NCBI GenBank assembly: GCA_040830765.1
Contig: JBFOMH010000019.1
Span: forward strand, 32,001-96,000
Direction: 5' to 3'
DNA: 64,000 bases
DNA from: Puniceicoccaceae bacterium
Lineage (GTDB): Bacteria; Verrucomicrobiota; Verrucomicrobiia; Opitutales; Oceanipulchritudinaceae
Shown here: piece by piece, positions 57,390-64,000 of the stretch
Position numbering within the stretch: position 1 is the stretch's first letter
Layout of the letters: each line of letters opens with the position of its first letter
The notes under the pieces: generated by a model
What the model was told of the DNA's origin: nothing
The model's input: the letters and a program-made list of their open reading frames with translations, nothing else
Database searches by the model: none
Program-made: the position numbers and the translations under genes

Positions 57390-58912
57390 GCGGCATCCGG
57401 TTGCATCCAGTAGAGCTGCTCCCACCATTGTGCGCCGTCATTGTCCTGCATTGGCCCGGGCGTGCTTCTGCCCTCGAGGATGATCCGGTTCAGTTTTTCC
57501 AGCAGTTCCTGGACCTTGGTGGGATTCTCCTTCAGCAGGTTCCGCTTTTCTGATGGATCTTCAGCCAGGTTATAGAGGGACTGGTTTTCCGGACCCCGGC
57601 CCATGAGAAGTTTCCAGTCCCCATCGCGAAACGCCAGCCAGCCCCGGAAGTCCCTGTGTACCATCCCGTTACGGACATATTCTCCCGGTCGCCCCACCAG
57701 CAGAGGCATCATATTGAAGCTATCCACGGCCGCCTCGGGTTGAATAGGTTCGCCAACCAAGGCAGCACAGGTTGCGTAGAAATCGTTGAGGTTGCAAAGG
57801 CTTTTGGACAAGGAACCGGCATCCACCGAATCGGGCCAATGGACGATAAAGGGGACACGATGGCCACCTTCCCAGAGCGATGCCTTGCGACCCCTGAAGT
57901 GCAGGCTCGGATTGTGTCTAAATTCTTCCTCCATCTCCTCGGGAAAGGATGCTTTCGAGGCGCCATTGTCGGCGGTAAAAACAATCAGGGTGTTATCGAG
58001 TATGCCCTTGGCCTTCAGGGCAGCGACAACCTGACCGACGGTCCAGTCAATCTCGTGAATAAAATCGCCATAGATGCCGCATTCGCTGGTACCCTTGAAT
58101 GACTGACGCGGAACAACTGGCGTGTGCGGTGCGGTAAGAGGCAGGTAAAGAAAGAAGGGTGAATGTGTATCGGCATTCTCAATCACCTCGACCGCCTTGC
58201 GCGTCAATCCAAGCAGGATCTGGTCCGGCTCAAACCCCGGGACCTGCAAGCCGGCCCGCATCATCAGCTGTGGCTGGCCTGCCTTTTTACCGCCCTGGAA
58301 CGGTCGTTGCTCCGAGGGAACGGTCACTGCACGGTCGTTTTCCAACCAGGTGTAAGGCGGAAAATCAAGGGAAGCGTTAATGCCGAAGTAGTAATCAAAC
58401 CCGAAATCACAGGGGCCAGCCTTGAAGGGTGCGGCAAAGTCGATTAGCGGTTCGACTGCCTCGATTTCCCTTCCGAAGGATTCCCTCCATGTGCCGTCCT
58501 TGAGTTTCCAACTTATCCCCAGGTGCCACTTGCCGACCATCGCTGTTCTATAGCCGTGGCGCTTGAGGAGTGAGGCTACGGTATCCCGGCCCGGCTCGAT
58601 GAGACTCATGGAATAGCCGCCCAGAACACGGTCTTTTAGCCGACTGCGCCAACTGTAGCGGCCGGTTAGCAATCCATAGCGGGTTGGCGTGCAAACCGAG
58701 GCACTGGTATGGGCATCCGTGAAGCGCATACCTCCGCTTGCCAACCGGTCAATTTCAGGCGTGCGGACCTTGGCTTCCGGGTTATAGCAGGACAGGTCAC
58801 CTAGCCCCATGTCGTCCGCGAGGATGTAGACGATATTTGGATGATTGCAGTAACCGGATAATGGCAGTAACACCATCAGGCCAATCGCACGGGTGACGGA
58901 TATTGTCTTCAT
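57386..58912 (-). CDS. Arylsulfatase (S1)
   Basis: PNIVYILADDMG, VCTPTRYGLLTGRY, GKWHLG, APHTP, ADNG and EGGHRVP motifs. Confidence 0.93.
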   Translation of the reverse strand: MKTISVTRAIGLMVLLPLSGYCNHPNIVYILADDMGLGDLSCYNPEAKVRTPEIDRLASGGMRFTDAHTSASVCTPTRYGLLTGRYSWRSRLKDRVLGGYSMSLIEPGRDTVASLLKRHGYRTAMVGKWHLGISWKLKDGTWRESFGREIEAVEPLIDFAAPFKAGPCDFGFDYYFGINASLDFPPYTWLENDRAVTVPSEQRPFQGGKKAGQPQLMMRAGLQVPGFEPDQILLGLTRKAVEVIENADTHSPFFLYLPLTAPHTPVVPRQSFKGTSECGIYGDFIHEIDWTVGQVVAALKAKGILDNTLIVFTADNGASKASFPEEMEEEFRHNPSLHFRGRKASLWEGGHRVPFIVHWPDSVDAGSLSKSLCNLNDFYATCAALVGEPIQPEAAVDSFNMMPLLVGRPGEYVRNGMVHRDFRGWLAFRDGDWKLLMGRGPENQSLYNLAEDPSEKRNLLKENPTKVQELLEKLNRIILEGRSTPGPMQDNDGAQWWEQLYWMQPDAA

Positions 58913-58928
58913 TCTTCCAGGCATATAT

Positions 58929-61241
58929 TCAATCAGAAGCCCGCAGCAGGAACCCAAGGTTGTCGAAATAGATGCGGCCGGTGACCGGGGCTTGTGATTC
59001 CAGTTGGTAACGCACCCCGTAAAGCCGTGCCATCGCCTTGAGGCGGCGCGGGTCGGATATCTCGAAACGAAAATGTTCCCAGCGGCCCCGCATGTCCTCA
59101 AGCCGGATGGAGCCTACCACCATCCAGTGGTCGGCCTCACTTTGCATGACTATGTTCACCCGCGCATCGGGGTCGTCCGATTTGAAATCCGGGGAGGCTT
59201 GCATTTCGCCGATAATCCCTCCAATGCGGGCCTTGGGGAGTTTCTCGGGCATACTTTCCAGCAGCAAGAGCACATCAGCATTATCGCCCGGCATGGCGTT
59301 CTCCAGAATGGTTTCAGCAACAAACTCATTGGGCTTGACGGAGGGCTCCATCCCAATGGTGAAGGTCCCGCTGGCACCCCACTCGGAAATCGGATTGTCG
59401 AAGGTCCAGTGAATGACTGGACGTGAAGCCACCGCAATCAGATCAACAACTGCCTGCGCTTTCAGGTCACCGGAGCGTGCCGTCAGCTTCAGCTGACCCG
59501 ATGCGGTAGGGTTCACGAAGCAGCGGGCAACGGACCGGGAAAGGGAAACCGTCAATGATGTTTCCTCTACCGGCCCTGTAAAAGAGAGCACAACCGGTTC
59601 AGCATCCCCGTCGTGCGGATTTCCAGCATTATCCGTGACATAGACCCATGCCTCGAGCGGCAGGTCGGCCGGCGCGTTTTCCGGGACAAGAAGATTCAGG
59701 GCCATCCTGCCCTGGCTCGGCGGCGTTTCCTGCAAACGTGCCGCCTCGTCCTCAAAGGGAATCTCAACTACTTGCAGACTGAATGGCGGAACCGTGACCA
59801 TCCCGTCTCCGGGCATTGTCCATTCAACAACCGACGGTGGACAACTCCAGAGCGGTTGATGGGAGACCGGATTCCAGAAGTACTCCCGATGGGAGAAAGT
59901 GGCCAACCGCCCTGTACGGGTAAAGGCTCTTGTAGCTGGTAATTCAATACATATTTCCTGGGTCTCTGATTCCGACCAGTTGACCAGCATGATCTGCCAC
60001 CCGGTGTCACTTTGCGTCACGAATGAGGCGACAGTCCCACTGTTATTCATGGTGCTGGGCACAACACGGTCACCCATGAGGTTGGCCCAGATGTAATGGG
60101 CCCAATAGATACTCTTGGGGACAATGCCATTCCTACCCACATGGAATGCCCCGTGTCCGCCTTCAGCTGTGGCTGTCAGCAGGTCCCATTGGTTGGCAAA
60201 GGTCACCCCTCCCTCAACCATGGTACCAATCCAGACAGCCGACCAGAGTCCGTTGATCAGGTCCCCGGTATCGCGGTCCTCGTTGACCTTCATGTTCCAC
60301 TCGGTGATGCCAATCTCAATCGCGTCCATGCGCTCAGGCTGGTAGGTCTGCTTCCATTGCCGAATGTGCTGCAAAGCCTCGCGCAAAAGCTGGATATCGG
60401 TGAATTTCCCTTCCGTGTCGGCTCGCTGGACCCCGACCGGGTAGGCATGGAAGCTGATGAAGTCCAGTTCCTCTCCCGCGTCGCGGATCAATTCCTCGAC
60501 AAAGGCCAGACTCAGGTCGGAACTGGCCGGCCCCCCCACCTTGATTGCCGGATTAACTGCCTTTAGCGCCCGGGCATACTCGAGGAAACGCTCCGCATAG
60601 ATCTCCCCGGTCATGCCAGTGCCATCCGGGAGAAAGTGACCAACTTCCCACTGCCCGTTCAGTTCATTGCCGATTTCCCAGTAGGGAACAGAGTAATTAT
60701 TGCTGTCCGCCCACGTGAGCCATTCTACCGCCATTTGCGGCGTTCCCGTCCCGACATTGACCGTGACCATCTGCTTCGCGCCCATTGACTCGGCCAGCTC
60801 ATGCTGCCTCCTCACATCGATCACGCCATGGTAGTCGGACAGTTCCTGACTGGTTCCGTGGATACGGAAACCCGGGGCGTAGGCAGAATAATCGACCTGC
60901 CACTTTCCGTCCTGAAAGGCTTCCCTATTAAAGACCTCGCCATCCCGCACGCCATTCCCGTTCCAGTAGTATTCATTCGACCATGAGCCACCGGGGAGCC
61001 GTATGAGGCCTGGCCCCCACTCCTTGAGAAACTCCTGGAATTCATCTGTGCCCAGATACTCCGGTTCGTACCACAGGGCAAGGTTGGTACCCAGTAGAGC
61101 GGAGAGGTCGATTCGCTTCCCCTTCGGCTCTCCCTCAATCCTCAGGGTATCCACGGATGCAAATGCTCCAGGAAGGACGATGATGAGCAACAAGGGAAGG
61201 GCTGTCAGTAGGGAAAGGCGACTCTGTCGGTGAAGTGTCAT
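58929..61241 (-). CDS. Secreted clan GH-A glycoside hydrolase (GH51/GH44/GH79-like) with C-terminal beta-sandwich domains
   Basis: IRLPGGSWSNEYYW, WEIGNE (acid/base), FHAYP and ITEWN (nucleophile) motifs; signal peptide. Confidence 0.75.
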   Translation of the reverse strand: MTLHRQSRLSLLTALPLLLIIVLPGAFASVDTLRIEGEPKGKRIDLSALLGTNLALWYEPEYLGTDEFQEFLKEWGPGLIRLPGGSWSNEYYWNGNGVRDGEVFNREAFQDGKWQVDYSAYAPGFRIHGTSQELSDYHGVIDVRRQHELAESMGAKQMVTVNVGTGTPQMAVEWLTWADSNNYSVPYWEIGNELNGQWEVGHFLPDGTGMTGEIYAERFLEYARALKAVNPAIKVGGPASSDLSLAFVEELIRDAGEELDFISFHAYPVGVQRADTEGKFTDIQLLREALQHIRQWKQTYQPERMDAIEIGITEWNMKVNEDRDTGDLINGLWSAVWIGTMVEGGVTFANQWDLLTATAEGGHGAFHVGRNGIVPKSIYWAHYIWANLMGDRVVPSTMNNSGTVASFVTQSDTGWQIMLVNWSESETQEICIELPATRAFTRTGRLATFSHREYFWNPVSHQPLWSCPPSVVEWTMPGDGMVTVPPFSLQVVEIPFEDEAARLQETPPSQGRMALNLLVPENAPADLPLEAWVYVTDNAGNPHDGDAEPVVLSFTGPVEETSLTVSLSRSVARCFVNPTASGQLKLTARSGDLKAQAVVDLIAVASRPVIHWTFDNPISEWGASGTFTIGMEPSVKPNEFVAETILENAMPGDNADVLLLLESMPEKLPKARIGGIIGEMQASPDFKSDDPDARVNIVMQSEADHWMVVGSIRLEDMRGRWEHFRFEISDPRRLKAMARLYGVRYQLESQAPVTGRIYFDNLGFLLRASD

Positions 61242-61471
61242 ACTGTCTTCAAGGAGTACAAGGATTCCTATGCAAGATTCACTCAAGTGACTCCGCAACC
61301 AGAATATTCATTGATGAGAGCGTTCTATATACTGAATTTGCGTACCAGCATTGGAATGCAGGAATTCGGAATTTTCCCAATATCTGCGCATTTTCAGCTT
61401 AAAATCTTCATTTTTCACTGATTTAATTCGTTGAGTGTACAGAATTCGTTTTGAGACAATGTTCACACTCC

Positions 61472-62923
61472 ATGGAGCAGACTGATACCCCTTACGACCC
61501 CAAAAAGTCCTCTATCGCCATAGAAGACCGCGTTCCGTTCTCCCGAAAGCTGGCCTACGGCATCGCCGGACCGGTGGACATCTGGAGCGTCTGGATCCTG
61601 GTCAGTATTTCCTATCCGCTCTTCAACATGGAACTGGGCCTGGCCCCAACCAAGGTGGCCATCATCCTCATGGCCCTGCGCCTGTGGGACGGGATCGCCG
61701 ATCCGGTGATGGGCTGGATTTCCGACAACACACGTACCCGCTGGGGCCGTCGCCGGCCCTACATCTTCATCGGGGCAATTCTCGCCGGTCTGACCTTTCC
61801 TTTCATCTGGTGGTTCCCCCAGGGCCTGAGTGACTGGCAGATTGTCGGCTGGGTGGTTGGCTTCGGCATCCTGTTCTACACCTGCTTCACTATCTGGGCA
61901 ATGCCCTACCAGAGCCTCCTGATGGAGATGACGCCCGACTACAACGAGCGGACCCGGGTTGCCGCTGTACGCGGGCTTATCCAGTCCGCCTCCAGCCTGG
62001 TGGTGGGGTTCTCCTGGTGGCTGGCCCTGCGGCCGGTCTTTGCCGATCCGGTAACCGGGGCGGCCAGTACCGCCAACGGCATGCGCTATATCTCTCTCGT
62101 CGTTGCTGTCTTTATCATCATCCTGGGCGTCCTTCCGGCTATTTTTGTCAAGGAACGCTACTACGACTCAGAGACCGTCCAGAGCCAGGGAAAGGTTAAT
62201 CTACGGAAGAGCCTCAAGGAGACACTGAGCAACAAGCCGTTCATTATTCTCTGCACCTTCACCATTTTCTTTCTTCTCGGAACGAGCATTTATGACAGCT
62301 ACGGCCGCTACGTTGGGACGTATTATGTCCTCGGTGGCGACTGGGAACGCAGCTCACTCTTCCAGATATACGGTACCTTCATCTACACGGTCTGCAGCCT
62401 TGGCCTGATTCCGGTTTTCCGGCGCGTTTCCGAGCACATCGGAAAAAACCGGACCCTCCTTATTGCAACCACATTAGTGCTTATTTCCGGCATCCTGACT
62501 TGGTTCACCAACCGGCCGGACCTGCCCTACCTGATGCTCGTGAATACGGTCTTTATCGGGGCCGGTTATGCCGGACTCTGGCTCATGATTCCCTCGATGC
62601 AGGCGGACGTGGTTGACTCCGACGAACTGGCCACCGGGGAGCGCCGCGAAGGGAGCTTTGCCGCCATTTACTCCTGGGTCCTCAAGCTGAGCTTTTGTAT
62701 CGGTTTTCTCATTTCCGGTCCGCTGCTAGAGTTCACCGGATTCGATGCCGAGCTCGGCAGTGCCCAGCCGGAGAATGTCCTGCTCAACCTGCGCATTGGC
62801 TACATCGCCCTGCCGGTCGGGGCCCTTATCCTGGCCGTATTCCTCCTGCGGGCCTTTCCCATTAATCCGGAACGCGCCCGCGAGATCCGCGACTCGCTGG
62901 AGGCAAGGCGCGGCAAGGTGTGA
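61472..62923 (+). CDS. MFS glycoside-pentoside-hexuronide (GPH) sugar transporter
   Basis: WDGIADPVMGWISDNTRTRWGRRRPY, PYQSL..EMTPDYNERT and ADVVD...TGERREG motifs. Confidence 0.92.
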   Translation: MEQTDTPYDPKKSSIAIEDRVPFSRKLAYGIAGPVDIWSVWILVSISYPLFNMELGLAPTKVAIILMALRLWDGIADPVMGWISDNTRTRWGRRRPYIFIGAILAGLTFPFIWWFPQGLSDWQIVGWVVGFGILFYTCFTIWAMPYQSLLMEMTPDYNERTRVAAVRGLIQSASSLVVGFSWWLALRPVFADPVTGAASTANGMRYISLVVAVFIIILGVLPAIFVKERYYDSETVQSQGKVNLRKSLKETLSNKPFIILCTFTIFFLLGTSIYDSYGRYVGTYYVLGGDWERSSLFQIYGTFIYTVCSLGLIPVFRRVSEHIGKNRTLLIATTLVLISGILTWFTNRPDLPYLMLVNTVFIGAGYAGLWLMIPSMQADVVDSDELATGERREGSFAAIYSWVLKLSFCIGFLISGPLLEFTGFDAELGSAQPENVLLNLRIGYIALPVGALILAVFLLRAFPINPERAREIRDSLEARRGKV

Positions 62924-62942
62924 CAGCTCTTTATTAATCCCC

Positions 62943-64000
62943 ATGCAGCTCAATCTGAAGACAACCCATAACTCGCTGGTGGCAGGCATCCTCCTCGCTG
63001 CCAGTTGGTTGTCGGCTGCTCCGGAAACGCCGCCCAATATCATTCTCATCGTGGCTGATGACCTCGGTGCGCATACATTGGGAATTGATGGTAATCCGGT
63101 TTTGGAAACTCCCCAACTGGACCAGTTGGCCCTTTCCGGGACCCGCTTCGCCCAGGGTTATGCCCCGGCTCCCGTGTGCAAGCCCTCCCGGGGCGCCATC
63201 ATGACCGGGCAGTACCCGCCGCGTACCGCTGTCTACCGCGTGGCTGAGCGCCACAAGGGGTACGGGGACAAGATCCGCCATGTCCTGCCGGACAATGCCC
63301 CTCTGTTGCCACTGGAATCCATCACCATTGCAGAGGTGCTTGCCGATGCCGGCTACCGCACGGCCCACTTTGGTAAATGGCACTTGCAGGCCGGTCCCCG
63401 TGGCCTCCCCGGCGAACAGGGCTTCGACACATTTCTTGAAAGCCACGGAGCCCATTTCAATGCACACACGGCTCCGCCAACGGACCTGCCTGAAGGCAGC
63501 TACATCGGGGATGTCATGACCGACCGCGCACTGGCCTTCGTGAACGAGGCCGTCAGTGAATCAAAGCCTTTCTTCCTCTACCTGCCCTATTTCCTCATTC
63601 ACAAGCCATGGGAAGCCAAGGAGGAGCACCTGCGGCATTTCCGCGACAAGCTGGGCCCGGATGCCGATGAGACCCTGGTGACCGTGGCGGCCATGACCCT
63701 CAGCCTGGATGAAAATGTCGGACGGGTCATGGATTACCTGAAAGAGAGCGATCTGGCCGCCAATACCCTTGTTGTCTTCACCTCCGACAACGGAGGCTAC
63801 AAGATGGACGGCAACATCCTCAACGCGCCCCTGCGGGGCTGCAAGGGAGAGATGTATGAAGGAGGACTGCGCGTTCCTTTTATCTTTTCCTGGCCGAATA
63901 GGATTCCGTCAGGAAGCATATTGAACGATCCCATCCATGGAGTTGATCTCTTCCCCACCCTTGCCGCCTTTGCCGGGGCTGAATCGCCAACCGGCCATTC
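62943..64000 (+). CDS. Sulfatase (S1), truncated by window end
   Basis: Manual translation from ATG 62943: PPNIILIVADDLG, APVCKPSRGAIMTG, FGKWHL, TSDNGG, LRGCKG and YEGGLRVP. Confidence 0.9.
   Translation, partial: MQLNLKTTHNSLVAGILLAASWLSAAPETPPNIILIVADDLGAHTLGIDGNPVLETPQLDQLALSGTRFAQGYAPAPVCKPSRGAIMTGQYPPRTAVYRVAERHKGYGDKIRHVLPDNAPLLPLESITIAEVLADAGYRTAHFGKWHLQAGPRGLPGEQGFDTFLESHGAHFNAHTAPPTDLPEGSYIGDVMTDRALAFVNEAVSESKPFFLYLPYFLIHKPWEAKEEHLRHFRDKLGPDADETLVTVAAMTLSLDENVGRVMDYLKESDLAANTLVVFTSDNGGYKMDGNILNAPLRGCKGEMYEGGLRVPFIFSWPNRIPSGSILNDPIHGVDLFPTLAAFAGAESPTGH

Overview
This is a gene-dense bacterial chromosomal segment. A Verrucomicrobiota (Opitutae/Puniceicoccales-like) origin is inferred from a PEP-CTERM protein, five sulfatases and Opitutae-type sequence motifs. 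In order, it holds: a molybdenum-cofactor cluster (moeB-rhodanese, MOSC, moeA, moaC, mobA, moaD, moaE, moaA) coupled to fdhD and an FdhF/YdeP oxidoreductase; a Tat-exported heparinase II/III-like protein; a wHTH regulator divergent from an sbtA-like bicarbonate permease-ppc operon; a divergent GH10/sulfatase pair; an ECF sigma, vWA anti-sigma, sigma54 activator and GDSL hydrolase block with a readable sigma54 promoter; a porin-FMN-binding-PepSY operon with Fur-like boxes; galK-galE with a XylR regulator and a fucP/fucU/oxidoreductase sugar cluster; a heterodimeric ABC exporter behind a leader-peptide attenuator; lipid genes; xth, a SET protein, accA and a GTAG-REP cluster; and a sulfated-glycan locus. 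No rRNA, tRNA, CRISPR array or transposase was seen. The main leads are a ~57-aa Trp-rich C-terminal module that appears interchangeable with PEP-CTERM on a homologous passenger domain, the attenuated ABC exporter, the sbtA-ppc operon, and a TonB-receptor-like segment inside the anti-sigma. All calls come from motif reading by eye; no database searches were run.
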